Positions 1 through 14,335 of a stretch of DNA of 64,000 nt are shown here, in pieces (positions within the stretch are counted from its first letter, which is position 1; each line of letters opens with the position of its first letter). Position numbers and translations under genes: made by a program. Under the pieces are notes generated by a model. The model was not told where the DNA came from. It searched no databases and worked only from the letters and a program-made list of their open reading frames with translations. The stretch comes from Cenococcum geophilum. Its lineage: Eukaryota. The stretch spans positions 10,974,001 to 11,038,000 of the forward strand of contig CP158635.1 of assembly GCA_050273025.1 (NCBI GenBank), read 5' to 3'.

Positions 1-898
1 TCGTCCGCTTAGCTATCTATAATATCCGCACCGCCCGCTTAGCTATCTACTATATTTATACCACCCGCTTAGCCGTCTACTATATCCACATCGCCCCTAC
101 TAACGCAGGCATAAGCTAATACTTAACTATCTCTCCTATTTATCCTTAACCTATAGGCGCCGCTAAGGAAATATAAAATACTTTATAGTAATTTAGTCTT
201 TTAGCTCTAGACTAAGTAGACTTTAGGGCTAGCGGGTAGGCCGTTAATTAAAGCTCTTAACCGCTACTAGGGGGCACGCTAGTAGGTTAATAGCGAGGCT
301 ATATTTTATAGCTGTCGCTATAAGATAATTAAGGATATAAGACGGCGCGTAAAAGACGGTATAGTAAGAAATAAGAGATAGGCTATTAATTAGCTAAAAC
401 AGCTACAAAGCCGGCATTCTTTAGATTGGCTTTATAAGAATATCTAAATAGTTATTTTACTATAGTAACCAAGACGCCTTAATGTATAACTATATTAGTA
501 ACTAAGACGCCTTAATATATAACTGCACTGCAGTAATTAAGACGCCTTAATATAGGATTATAGTGACTAAGACGCCTTAATATAGGACTATAGTAACCGT
601 AGTGCAGTCCTATATTAAGACGTCTTAGTTACTAGAGTATAGTCCTATATTAAGGCGTTTTAGTCACTATAGTATAAGTATATTAAATTTAGAGCAACAT
701 TACGCGACCCCCTAGAAGTACCGATTAAACTTAAATTATATACCTTTTCGCCTAAAATCGCGCGCGAGGGTATTTAGGGGCGATTGCTATATAACCTTAT
801 ATAGGGTTCGGGCGTATTATTAGTAGAGGTAGCCCTAACCTTATATTAACCCGGGTTATAACTGTGCTAAATTAGCCCCCCCGATATATAATAGGTAT
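1..898 (+). mobile_element. 3' part of a RIP-degraded CryptonF-like element (GCR1_C-like coding end, subterminal repeats, 3' terminus), copy 1
   Basis: Near-identical to ~8510-9374 and ~9670-10542. With RIP reversed it reads YRMLRAV..WTLGLAGGPSIEALDRCWGARWR..FYSRRRKII (GCR1_C-like). Ends with the shared terminus AATTAGCCCCCCCGATATATAAT-AGGTAT. Confidence 0.75.
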
Positions 899-3800
899 AG
901 GGGAGGAAGCTATAAAGGAGGAAGGGGAGATATAGGATAAGGAGGCCCTAAACGCCCTATTTAACTAAATAGTCTAATACTTAGTTATAAATAGTTATGT
1001 CTTCGCTATTACTAAACTTTATATATAGCAGTTAAAAGGTAAGACTACGTAGCCACTATAGGGGGCAAAGCTCTTAGTAGTACTGGACAGCATCCGCTAT
1101 AATAAGGACTAAATTTAACACGTTAACTTTATTAATTAAGGCCTATTTATAATTACTAGCGGCTATAACATTAAAGGGCTTAAAAAGGCGATTACTTAGT
1201 GCTAGGAGACGGGCTCTAAGATATTAGGTTTAGTTAAGTCTTACCTTTAAACTGTAGCTAATGTTACGGCACTGGCAGAAAGCGGCAGCTATGGTAGACG
1301 TTATGGTAGACGCAGGGCTCACGTGACTCTTACGTGACTAGGGATTATATATAACTCCTCACGTTGCTGCTTGTCCTTTCCTTTCCTTTTCTCTAGCTTT
1401 AGATTCTCGTTTATAGACAATCCAATCGTACAGGCTTACGCGACCCTTTTGCCGTGCTTATGTCTTAATTAACTAAGTCGCTAACATTATCTAAAGCTCA
1501 CTCTACTCTTTCTTCCTAAGAAGGAACTTAAATATATCTACAAGAACACAGAACAGGACCCCAAGGACATTACTAGGACCATAAGGACAGGACCTAAAAG
1601 AAAAGAATAGAACCCTAAGGAAAGGACCTACAAGATATACACAGACCAGAACCCCTAAAGAAATTACCCGGAATTACCCAACACCCCTACCACTATGCCA
1701 CGAACCACAGTAGCAGGTAAAGCAGCTATAGGACCCTTAAATACTTTAGACAAAGAAACAATTAACGTTTCAACCCCCTAGGCGGAGCTTGCGGCTGCTA
1801 ATGCCGAAATTAAACGATTGCGAGAGCTGCTTAAAGCTAGAGATACCCCTATATCTAATAATAAGTCATTATTAGACAACTAAAGACTTACTATAGTCCT
1901 TTAGGCCCTATCCTAGCGCCTTAATGGATCTACCGAGACCCATATAGCACCGAAGCGGTTAGTAAAGGTCGCGGACCCCCTACTACTTACAGACGGAACT
2001 AACCCTATATTTAACAATTGGAAGCTTTAATTACGGAATAAGCTTAAAGTTAATACAGACTACTTCCCTAATGCCTAAGCCAGAATGGCCTATGTCTTCG
2101 GCCGTACTGGCGGAGACGCCTAGACGCATTTACGCCCGCGATACACGGAAGACTTAGCAGACCCCTTTATCTCTAAAGAAGAAATAATTAAATACTTATC
2201 TTCTATTTATAAAGACCCTTTTAAAGTATAGAACGCCTGCCTTAGCTATAAAAGCCTAAATATGAAAACAACGGAGACCTTTTTGGCCTTCTAAACCTGC
2301 TTTCTATACCTGGCCGGATAGGCCCAGATCTCCTAAGAAGACCTGCTGCTAGACCTCTTCGACAAGCTTACCCTAGACCTACAGCGGGCCGTATTGCCAG
2401 CTTATACTACGGTATAGACGTTAAAGGAACTTATAGACTATTGCCTAGCTATTAACTAAGGCCTCCGTTAAATTAAGGCACGCGCTAACCGGCTAAAAAC
2501 TAGAAACCTTGCAAACTAGGCCGCAAGTACTACAAGTACGGCCTATAGTGCCCCGGCACGATCGGCAACTCCTACAGCTAACCCGGCAGCTAGCCGCATA
2601 GCTACCCCTACTGCGGGCCCGGTGTACACCCGGCCTATATATAGCGACCCCTATATATAGGCCCTTAGCGATTAAGGAGCTTGCTTCTTATGCGGTTAAA
2701 TAGGCCACCCTATAAGGAACTGCCTAATAAAGGCAAGGATAAATAAGGTCCTATTAATTTAGGAGGATAGTATAGAGCTAGAAAAAGAGGAACCCTAGAG
2801 AAAAACTCCTCTCTAGGGTTAAAAGGGATCGATATATTATATATTAATCTAGGTCGGCTAGTTAATAGGAGAAGCTGCACTATCCCTTATACTTTATTTC
2901 GCAATAGATATTAAGTTTTAACCTCTGCTTTAGCTGACTTAGGAGCAAATGCCTTTACCTTAATTAATATAAAGTGCGCTGCAAAACTGGCTAATTTTTT
3001 AAATGCACCCCTTAAAGAACTACCTAAACTAATCCCTATTTACGGTTATAACGGATAGATAGGGCTACCTATTATAACTATCTTGCGGATCTACCTCCGC
3101 GTTAACGGACGAAGGTAGTATAACGTCCCCTTTCTTATTACGGACTTAGGAAGCCATAATATAATCTTAGGAAGAAAATGGCTAGCCTATTTAGGCTTAT
3201 AGCTTAAAGTACGGAGTAGACGGCTTATCTGGCCCGAAACTCTACCCTTAACCCCTTCCTTTATAAAAGAAATTAGCATTATAATAGAAAACCTTATACA
3301 GCCCTAGATTAATACCATTTACTAGGCCGATGCTATGCGCAGAGACTAGGCCTTTAAGAAGGACATATAGCTTAACCCGCAACGGATCCGTATACTACGC
3401 CGCCCTTAGACTATCTATATTACGCCACCCGCACTAGAGACCTAGGAAGTCGGTAGTGACCTAGCTAAGTTCTCTATAGAGAACCCTATGAAGCCATAAA
3501 GGAAAGCTAGGGATATTGGACGCTACACTAAACTAATAAATAGGAAGGACAACTTACGGAAAATGGAACGTAAGCTAAGGAAGGCTATAAACTTTATACC
3601 GTAAACCACGGCCTAACGGACGCCAAAGAAACCTACGGACCTCCTACTAGTTAATGTCTGCTGTATTAGCGCTGTAGGATTCTACCAGAACTTAGTTCAG
3701 CCTAATACCATTACCTTTACAACTAGCCTATACAAAATTAACCAAATAATTAAGGAAAAGGAAAGTAAGCTTAGTAGATAGGAAAGCGGGCTTACGGATA

Positions 3801-6800
3801 AAGAACTAGTGGAGCAAAAACTGCCTAATTAATACCGGAAATTCAAGGATATATTCTCTAAGGCAGTATCTAATATGCTTTCACCCTACTAACTATATAA
3901 CTACAAGATCGAGATTAAGCAAGATAAGGGAAGCACCCTTAGCTTTAGCCCTCTCTACCCATAGTCTATTGCCGAATTATAGGCCACGAAGTAGTACCTT
4001 ATTAATAACCTAAATAAGGGCTTTATCAAGCCTAGCTAAGCCCCTTTTAACTTACCTATTCTCTTTATTAAAAAGCTAAATAGAGAACTACGCTTCTATA
4101 TTAACTACCGTAAGCTAAATAATATAACCCGTAAGGACCGCTACCCGCTGCCCTTACTTAATAAGACTCTTACCTAAATAAGTAGAGCTAAGGTTTTTAT
4201 AAAGCTTAATATCCGCTAGGCCTTTTACTAAATTAGGATAGACCCCAGGTCTAAGAATCTTACTATATTCCGGACCTATTACGGGACGTATAAATATAAG
4301 GTACTTTCTTTTAGACTAACTAACGGACTAGCTACATACCAGCGGTATATAAATGATGTACTCTTTAACTACCTTAACGACTTCTATACGGCCTATTTAG
4401 ATAATATTATAATCTACTCGGAGAACGAACTGGAATACGAGGAGTATGTCTATAAAGTCCTATAACGGCTCCGTAAAGCTAGCCTCTAGGCCAATATTAA
4501 GAAGTCGGAATTTAGTATTAAGCGTATAAAGTACCTAGGTTTTATTATTAGCACGGACGGAATTAAGGCCAACCTAGAGAAAATAACCGCAATTAACTAG
4601 TGGACGCCCCCATAGACCGTAAAGGGGGTGTAATTATTTTTAGGTTTCTATAACTTCTACTAACGCTTTATTAAGAACTATAGCAGGATCGCCTGGCCTC
4701 TTAACCGCCTTACTAGGAAAGACTAGCCCTTTTACTTTAACGCTATATATATGCAGGCCTTTAATAAGCTTAAAAAACGGCTAGTGTCGGCCCCCCTACT
4801 TACCCACTTTAACCCAGAACGGCCCTTAATGCTAGAAACTAATGCCTTAGACAGCGTAATAGCTAGTGTTTTTTCCTAGAAGCAACCGGACAGAGAATAG
4901 CACCCTGTCGCATACTATTTAAAGACTATAATAAATACTAAACTAAACTACCACATCCATGATAAAGAAATGCTAGCTATTATTTCTAGCTTTTAGCACT
5001 GGCGTATATAGCTAAAGGGGACCCCTAAACCCATTAAAGTAGTATTAGATTATAAGGCCCTAGAATACTTTATAACAACTAAGGCCCTTACGGCCCAGCA
5101 GGCACGCTAGGCGGATATCCTATCTTAGTTTAACTTCTTAATTATGTATAGACTAGGCGCTATAAACCGTGCGGATGCTTTTACTAGGCGCGAATAAGAC
5201 CTAGGTGACTATACGGCTGTAAAGATCTTATTATAGACCTAGACGCTACTATGACTAGAGCACCTTAACCCCCGGATATAGGCAGAACTAAGTATAGACT
5301 CCTTGGGCGCCGAGATGTATCCTATTGACCCTTTAGGACTTAACTTAATCGACAAATTACTGCAGATAAACTGTACGGCCCCTTCTCTACAGGAGTACCG
5401 TAAAAAGGCAAAGAACGTTACTAGCCTATGGTCCCTTAAAAATGGATTACTTAAGCATTAGGAACGGCTGGTAGTGGTAAAGGAATAGAACTTACGGACT
5501 CGGCTTATTGCTGAAGTACATACCTAGGTCTCTACGGCCTACCCTAGAAAGAATAAGACCTATAGGATTATTAGCGACCGCTATTACTAGCCTGGAATGG
5601 TTATAGATATCGACCGCTATATACGGAACTATAACGACTGCCATAGGTCTATAATCCCACGAGATAAGACTCTAGGATTATTAAAACCCCTCCTAATACC
5701 CGACCGCCCCTAGCAATATATCTCTATAGACTTTTATAAGCTACCTCCAGACCGTGACGGATATGATATAGTTATAATCCTGGTTAACCGCTTTGGCAAG
5801 CGCCTGTTCTTAATTCCCTATTACAAAAATATTAATACTAAAAAGGCAGCCCAACTGTATATCCACTACGTCTACCGAATTTATGGACCACTAGACACTA
5901 TTATATCCAACCACGGGCCGCAGTTTATATTAGCCTTTTGGAATAAGTTTACCTAGATCCTAGGCATTAAGCTAAAGCTTTCTATGGTATATTACCCCCA
6001 GATAGACGGTTAAACGGAGATTATAAATTAATACTTAGACTAGAGACTCCGGCCTTTCGTTAACTACTTCTAGAATAACTAGGCCGAACTGTTGCCCTTA
6101 ATAGACTACGCCTAAGCGACCCTACCCCACGACTCTACCGGATTTGCCCCTATTTAACTAGAAATGGGTTACCTACCCCGCACAAGCTTTAACTAGGAAA
6201 GACCAGAAGGGCCCCAGACCGTACGCGAAAAACTATTTTATAAGGAAGCCTAGCAGTACGCTAAGCGCTTAGAAGAAGCCTGGAAAGTAGCCTATACAAA
6301 CCTAGAAAAGGCCTAGAAGTTAATAGAATAGCAGGCAAATAAGCATAGGCGCGAGCCTAACTTTACTGTAGGCGATATGGTCTAGGTTATAATAAAGAAC
6401 TAGAAGACAGAACGGCCTAGCCGTAAGCTAGACTATAAGATAGCAGGACCGTATAAGATTCTTAATAAAGTAGGCAACTTGTATAAGGTTAAGCTCCTAG
6501 ACTTAATTAAAGTCCACCCTATCTTCTTACCGGATAAGCTACGAAAAGCTATAAATAACCCACTGCCCGGACAAAAGAATAAACCTCCCCTACCAATTTA
6601 AGTTAACGATAATAATAAATAGGAAATTAAAGAAATACTGGCCTGTAAACTTGTAAAGGGAACGTTAAAGTATCGTGTTAGTTGGAAAGGATATAACCTA
6701 GACCCCACTTGGTACCCTATATAGAACTTTATAGGTAGCCCCTATAAGCTTTAAGAGTTCTATAGCCGTTACCCTAATAAACCCAAACCGCTAAAGTACC

Positions 6801-9374
6801 TAGATAAGTGGATAGAATGCTGGTATAATAAAGACGATAAGCTACTAGAAGAATATAAGGACAAGAACGCCCTAGAAATTTCTTAGTCACGTAAGGTATT
6901 GAGATATCTAGGAACTTCGACCGGCGGTCGAAGTTGTCTAATTGGTCAGATTCTCTTGCCAAGACTTTTAGCGGCAAAGCCTAAGGGCAGGCTTTTTTGG
7001 AGGGGGGGGTAATGTTACGGCACTGGCAGAAAGCGGCAGCTATAGTAGACGTTATAGTAGACGCAGGGCTCACGTGACTCTTACGTGACTAGGGATTGTA
7101 TATAACTCCTCGCGTTGCTGCTTGTCCTTTCCTTTCCTTTTCTCTAGCTTTAGATTCTCGTTTATAGACAATCCAATCGTATAGGCTTGCGCGACCCTTT
7201 TGCCGTGCTTATGTCTCGATTAACTAAGTCGCTAACAGCTAAGCATTTATTAGGTTTATATATACCCTACCTAGTTTATATAGCTGCCGTTTTCTAACCC
7301 GTTTTTTAGGCTATACTACTATTACCTATAGTAAAAGTAAATAAGATATTTAGCTTACTAACCTTATCCTTATTAAACTAGAGAATAAAGAGCCTAAACT
7401 AAATAAGTTAGCGTTGTATATAATTATATTAATAATATAAGGGAAGTAGAATTAGTACGGTAAGGTTAAGTATATAGGCTATATACGGAACGCTAACCCT
7501 ATCCTCTACCCCCTCTCTATAATAGCCTTCTACTTCTTTAACTACTAGGGTAAAGATAGCGCTAAGAGCTTTTTATTCTTTTAGTAGCTAGAGGACTACT
7601 ATAACCTATACGTCTTCTCTAGTAGTATTAAAGTACTATAACGGCCGCTAAGCTATTATACGCAGTTTAAATAGAATAAAAAGATATTTTAAGGGGTAGG
7701 AATTTACTTAAAGGAGAAGACCTATAGCGTATATAAGCAGAGCGTCTAATATACTAAGCTTAGCGGCGTTAAGAAGACCTAAATTAAATAGGCTAGACGC
7801 TAGAATACGGATATAATAATAGGAGCCTACCTTAGCTACCTACCCTGTATATTTATATAGTTAATTACTAGCTTCCCAAAGAAAGAAAAGGGCTACTTTC
7901 TTTCCCACGCACGGGAGGTGCTAAAGAAGGCCCTTTATTTAAAGATATAGCCTAAGACTAATATCTAGCTAAAACGCATAGAGGCCTACTACCTAAGTAG
8001 GGCCGATAATAAGGTTATACGGCTTAACCTTATAGGCTTAGGATTTCTACACCTCCTCTACGCGCTTAGGGTAATTCTATTATAGGACTTAGTAATCCTA
8101 CGCAAGCAGTTCCTACTTTACCCCTTATAAAAAAAACCCCTCTTTAGCTATAAGGAGTACCAGAGGTTTACTATATGGGTAAAAAGCTTACTAGCTAATA
8201 TAGTTATACTAAATAAGCTAATAATATGGAAATACTAGCCCGCCTATAAGGCTATAGCTAAGCTAAGATATAAGGCCGCGATCTCTAAAATAAAAGGGGT
8301 TTAATTACGCATATAGACGATCTTAAAACGCCTTAGCAAGATAGAAAGGTTATTAGCATTATTTACACCTATATAGATCTAGTAAAGAAAGATAGGTATC
8401 TAGATAGGGCCTATAGAGTCTATATATCTACCTTTAGGCAAGCCCGTACCGTTTATTATAATATTTACTATATCTACGCCGCCTACTTAGCCGTCTATAA
8501 TATCCGCATTATCCACTTAGCTATCTATAATATCCGCACCGCCTGCTTAGCTATTTACTATATCTATACCGCCCGCTTAGCCATCTATTATATCTATATT
8601 ACCCCTATTAACGCAGGCATAAGCTAATACTTAACTATTTCTCCTATTTATCTTTAACCTATAGGCGCCGCTAAGGAAATATAAAATACTTTAAGGTGGT
8701 AATTTAGTCTTTTAGCTCTAGACTAAGTGAACTTTAGGGCTAGTAGGTAGGCCGTTAATTAAAGCTCTTAACTGCTACTAGGGGGCACGCTAGCGGGTTA
8801 ATAGCGAGGCTATATTCTATAGCCGTTGCCATAAAATAATTAAAGATATAAGACGGTATGTAAAAGACCGTATAGTAAGAGATAAGAGATAGGCTATTAA
8901 CTAGCTAAAATAGCTATAAGGCCGGCATTCTTTAAATTAGCTTTATAAGAACATCTAAATAGTTATTTTACTATAGTAACTAAGACGCCTTAATATATAA
9001 CTATACTGTAGTATAAAACGCCTTAATATAGGACTATAGTAACTAAGATGCCTTAATATAGGACTATAGTAACTGTAGTGCAGTCCTATATTAAGACATC
9101 TCGGTTACTAGAGTATAGTCCTATATTAAGGCGTCTTAGTTACTACAGTATAAGTATATTAAATTTAAAGCAATATTATACGACCCCCTAGAAGTACTAA
9201 TTAAACTTAAATTATATACCTTTTTGCCTAAAATCGCGCGCAAGGGTACTTAGGGGCAGTTACTGCGCGACCCTATACGGGGTTCGGGCGCGTTATTAAT
9301 AGGGGTAGCCCTAACCTCGTATTAACCCGGGTCGTAATTATACCAAATTAGCCCCCCTAATATATAATAGATAT
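893..9374 (+). mobile_element. RIP-degraded CryptonF-like tyrosine-recombinase element (NDC10_II-like plus GCR1_C-like), 5'-truncated, split by a gypsy at 1262-7237, copy 2
   Basis: Coding relics at 899-1261 and 7238-~8930. With RIP reversed: HATVARGES..LADL, GKQNQHGKVEYMGCMRNADPVLCPLSAMAFYFF, KTHS, EDQIRQAGRWN (~7780-7805), YLSYLPR..AGF, LRVILLQDSVIL, followed by the GCR1_C-like region. Confidence 0.8.
1262..7237 (+). mobile_element. Full-length RIP-inactivated Ty3/gypsy chromovirus
   Basis: 225-bp LTRs at 1262-1486 and 7013-7237 (TGTTAC...CTAACA). TSD GCTAA at 1257-1261 and 7238-7242. PPT GGAGGGGGGGG at ~7000. Gag from ~1694, RT YLDD relic at ~4394, RNase H, integrase, and a chromodomain relic (WEIEEIL..KYRVSWKGY) at ~6620-6700. 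Confidence 0.95.
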
Positions 9375-10542
9375 AAGGCCGCGATCTTTAAGATAAAGGG
9401 GGTTTAATTATATATATAGACGATTTTAGAACGCCTTAGCGAGATAGAAAGGTTATTAGCATTATTTACACCTATATAAATCTAGTAAAGAAAGATAGGT
9501 ATCTAGATAGGGCCTATAGAGTTTATACGTTTACCTTTAGATAAGCCTATATTATTTTCTATAATATCTACTATATCCGCGCTACTTACTTAGCTATCTA
9601 TAATATCTGCACTACTTGCTTAGCTGTCTATAATATCTATACTATCCGCTTAGCTATTTATAATATCCGCATCGTCTACTTAGCCGTCTATAATATCCGC
9701 ACCGCCCGTTTAGCTATTTACTATATCCATACCGCCCGCTTAGCCGTCTACTATATCTGCATCGCCCCTACTAACGCAAGTATAAGCTAATACTTAACTA
9801 TCTCTCCTATTTATCCTTAACCTATAGGCGCCGCTAAGGAAATATAAAATGCTTTAAGGTAGTAATTTAGTCTTTTAGCTCTAGACTAAGTGGACTTTAG
9901 GGCTAGCGGGTAGGCCGTTAATTAAAGCTCTTAATCGCTACTAGGGGGCACACTAGTAGGTTAATAGTAAGGCTATATTCTATAGCTATCGCCGTAAGAT
10001 AATTAAGGATATAAGACGGCGCGTAAAAGACGGTATAGTAAGAAATAAGAGATAGGCTATTAATTAGCTAAAACAGCTACAAGGCCAGTATTTTTTAGAT
10101 TAGCTTTATAAGAATATCTAAATAGTTATTTTACTATAGTAACCAAGACGCCTTAATATATAACTACACTAGTAACTAAGACGTCTTAATATATAACTAC
10201 ACTGTAGTAATTAAAACGCCTTAATATAGGACTATAGTAACCGTAGTGCAGTCCTATATTAAGACGTCTTGGTTACTAGAGTATAGTCCTATATTAAGGC
10301 GTCTTGGTCACTACAGTACAAGTATATTAAATTTAAAGCAATATTACGCGACCCCCTAGAAGTACCGATCAAACTTAAATTATATACCTTTTTGCCTAAA
10401 ATCGCGCGCGAGGGTACTTGGGGGCGATCGCTGCGTAACCTCGTGTGGGGTTCGGGCGTATTATTAGCAGGGGTAGCCCTAACCTCGTATTAACCTGGGT
10501 CGTAACCGCGCTAAATTAGCCCCCCCGATATGTAATAGATAT
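9369..10542 (+). mobile_element. 3' portion of CryptonF-like element, copy 3
   Basis: Direct copy of 8266-9374 with the same 3' terminus (CCCCCCCGATATGTAAT-AGATAT). Confidence 0.8.
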
Positions 10543-10699
10543 CGCTAACCTTTTTTTATTAAAAAGTTAATTCTATAGTCTAAGAGACTTTTCTAGCATT
10601 TCTTAAGCGATCTAACTTTATTTATATATAGAGCAGTTACCTTCTTAAACGAGATTGATCTACCCCCCTATAATAGCTATTATCTTAAAAATACCGTCA

Positions 10700-13550
10700 A
10701 ATTAATCCGTAGAAGCAGCTCTATAATTAATTAATATATCTACCCTATTAGCCCCCACAATATTAAGTAAAAAGCGCCGCTAAACGGGTAATATATTAAT
10801 AATTAAATTGCCTACCCCCTCTATAAATATAATACTAGTTAACCGGCGGACGCCTATTTAAATGCTAACTAGAGTATTTGCTAAGTGGATATTACGCTAG
10901 GTAATAAAGGAAGAAAAGCTTAGAGTTATTTTAAAGCATTTACGGGACTAGGGATAGTCTTTTAGTAACCTTTCTTTGGCGTAGCTATAGCTTAATATTA
11001 ATAAAAGAGAAGGCGTAAAAATAAATAAGGTGTAAAAAAAAAAGGTAAAAAAGAAGAAGGTAAAGAGGCTTATTGCTACCCGTTTAGGAAACGAAGAAAT
11101 CCATAATACAATTATAGAGACTGCGGATATCTATTCGGAACTAGTTAATATAGTTATAAATATCCTTTATAAAGAGCTTTGTAATCTTTAGTAAAAGATA
11201 GTTATTTTTAGCCTATAAAAGTTAGATCTAGAGTTTAAAGACGTTTAACTCTTATAGGGCTATAAGGTAATTAGCTAATATACCCCTTTACTTTACTAAC
11301 TAATAGAAGGATTATTAGTATAGTTAAGAACTAATAAATTACGAAATCCGTACCTAGGGTAGGTTATTCTTCTTATATCTATCCTTTTATTAGGCCGCGC
11401 TTAAAGCTCTACTAACTATTTTATTTAGCTTCTTAGTTTTTATCTTTATGGTATAGGTATAAAGCGTTAGGTTTTATTACTACTTTATAATCTAGGGCTT
11501 ATTAACGGATATATAATGCTTAACTATTAAAAGATGGAATTAGCTAAACACTCTAAGGGAGGTTATAATACTAGCGGTAAATATACTGGCGCTAATATTA
11601 TTAAAGACTTACCTTCAATTAATATCCGCTTTTAATAATATCTAACGTAGCTAACGGGGTTTTGACCGCTCCCCTAGTTATAACCGTTTGGAAAATCAAA
11701 GTGAGCCGAAATACTAATTTGGTGAAAAACAACTAACAAAAGTTGCAAACGGTTATAACTAGGGGAGCGGTCAAAACCCCGTTAACCACGTTATATTATA
11801 TATAATAATTTTAACTACCTTAAGCGAACGCGATATTAGTTAATTGGAGATACTAGCGTTTTCTATTCCTATACTATTGGAAAGCTTATTTATAGATCTT
11901 ATATTCCCCCTAGTAGCCTTCTTTAAAGTATACTGTATAACTAGGTATAGCTTTAAATTAAGAATATTACTAAGGCGCTAAGTAATATATATAATAGCAT
12001 TTAAAATTAGATATTTATTTTTATAATTATAGATAATCTCTAAAGCATATACCCTATTACTATAAATAGTATTTTTGAATTTAATACTAAGCTTAAATAT
12101 CCGCGTATACTAGAGATTAATATTCTGCTATTTATAAAGACAACATATATAAACCTATGCCCTATTATAAAGAGCGAGGCTTCTATAAATAGTAACTACC
12201 GCATACTTAAGATAATCTTCCTAAAGCAACTATAGCTTAATTATAATAACGATTTCTAGGACCGATTATATCTAGTATATAGTAACTAGAAAACTATAAA
12301 GCTTATTTATACCTATAAGCAGAAGTGGGTAGAGGCTATGCTCTTATATAATAGCCACTATTAGGTACTACCTATTCTAGGTCTTTAGTACCTTTAGTTA
12401 AACTTCCTATATATAATTATAAGGACTTTCTTTAGTAGTAAGTAATATGCGTAGTAGTACTCTACGATCTATACTTATATAAATCACCTTAGGTAATAAA
12501 ATATTCCTATAGAGCGCCCTCCCTTTTATTATCTTAAGGAGCTAGTACTGCATAGTTTTAATGCCCGTATTATTGCACTCTTTTTAATATATATCCGCGA
12601 TATGCTTAATATTTACAAAAAAGGTGCAGTTAAAAGATATATTGGATTTTTAACGCCTAAGTAGTTTCTATAGTATATTAAGGATATCTGCATAGCGGGT
12701 TTTAGCTCTAAGGTTAGCTATAAGGCTAATAAACTACTTCCTTTACAGCCCTCTACCCACAGAGGTTTTTAGATTATAGATTAATTACTTATAGTTTCTA
12801 ACTCTGCTACTATAAGCTAGCTCACTTAGATTATTAATATAGAGTTCTTTAATTATATTTGGTATCTATAGGTAGTTAAAATATATAAAGTATTAAAATA
12901 TGCTATTAAGTATGCAGATATTAGCCTTTTAAAGCGTATAATTGCCAGCCTTTACCTTTACTTTGCTAGATTAAGGAGTAATAACTATATATTTAAAATA
13001 ATGTACTTTTAGAGATTAGTTATAATAGAGGTGTATAATTTAGTACTTTAGTGGGCTATACTTATAAATAGGCTAATTAATAATTGCGGAGAGCTAAATG
13101 GCTTTTTTAAAGCTGATTGACTTAATAAACTACTAAATCTTTAGCTAAAGGAGTTACTCTAATTACGTGGAAACTTAACCTTTAGAGTAGACTCTCTATT
13201 TAGGTAGAGTGTTCTTACTATAAGCTATACTGGACCTCTTTATACTAAGTTTAAGAATGCGTTTAGTAAGCGGATAATATCCAATTATATAATTAAGTCT
13301 CCTGCGGTTAATATCTAGTCCCTTATAGATATAATTACTAAGAATTTAATTATGCGTTAGCGTATATAAGACATTAGGTTTAAGGCACCTACTATTTTTT
13401 AACTTAGATTAGAGCGGCTCTTATAGGGTAGTATTGCTAATTTTAATATACAGATATCTTATATTAGCGGTTTACTATATAATATAAGGCATATTTCTAG
13501 GGTGTACGATAGGGAGTAGGCAAGCCAAGCATAAGTTATAAGAAGAGTCG
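10700..13550 (+). pseudogene. RIP-degraded DUF6589-type (Academ-like) transposase
   Basis: With RIP reversed: FYLHGIGVKRQVLSLLHNLGLIDGY (~11440-11510), IIYDNFDYLERTRHQLIGD (~11795-11850), LPIPGLWHLQLNFL (~12370-12410), LKYAIKYADIG (~12895), ILMNGLINNRG...DLLNELLNLQLK (~13060-13150). Boundaries approximate. Confidence 0.7.
11645..11791. mobile_element. 147-bp MITE of Tc1/mariner-pogo (Fot1/Tan1-like) type
   Basis: ~46-bp TIRs (ACGTAGCTAACGGGGTTTTGACCGCTCCCCTAGTTATAACCGTTTG and its reverse complement ending ..CCACGT), flanked by TA on both sides. Confidence 0.9.
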
Positions 13551-14335
13551 ATAGAAGAGGACGATATAGTAATAAGGGTAGGCAATAGCCTAGTATAGAG
13601 AAAGAGACGAACTAATAAGGATAAGAGGGCTATAAGCCTAAGGGAGCTTATAAGGAGGTGCCAAGGCCTAGCTAAGGGCTGGCCTTAGCAGCTGCTAAAA
13701 GATCCCTTACATATAACCCTTATAAGGGCGGATTTAATAAGGCTATAGATAATATATTAAAGGACTTTTAAATACTTAGGCTTATAGTACGTTTCTGTCT
13801 TAAATATATTAATTAAGTTCTTTTTATTAATATTAACTCTAGCTAGTGTATAATATTCTTAGCGCGTAGTATATAATGTAGCAGTAAGCTATTCTATAGT
13901 GCGGATAAATAAATATCTTTATCTTAGCTTATGCGGATATTATAATATTAATTAAGTATATCTATTAAATATAAGACAGAGACTTGATTTCTATATATAT
14001 AGTAGCAAAAAGGTAAAAGCTATTATTTTATTATTATAAATTAGCAATAATAGCCAACCCACATTAATAGCTAACTTATATCTACTTATATTTAATATCT
14101 GGTAGCCTAGCATTACGTATAAGTATAATAACACCACGCCTTAGGAACGCAAGCTTATCCTTTATTTTACTTAAAGAATCTTTAAACTTATTAAACTGGC
14201 GATTTATAGCTTAAATATCTTTCGCTATATTAGTTACCTATTTATAAACTATATTAATACACGCGGAAATAGCGATTGCTAAATATACCCTAATAGACCT
14301 AGTATTATCGGAAGCGGTAGCAGCACCTAGCGTGC

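Noticed and set aside
460..675. CRISPR-like ~30-bp repeats
   Set aside because: Eukaryotic context, no unique spacers, the repeats invert midway, and there are no cas genes.
893..9374. Starship captain (DUF3435) mobilising the island
   Set aside because: The motifs and C-terminal GCR1_C-like domain indicate CryptonF, and the element terminates ~34 kb before the island.
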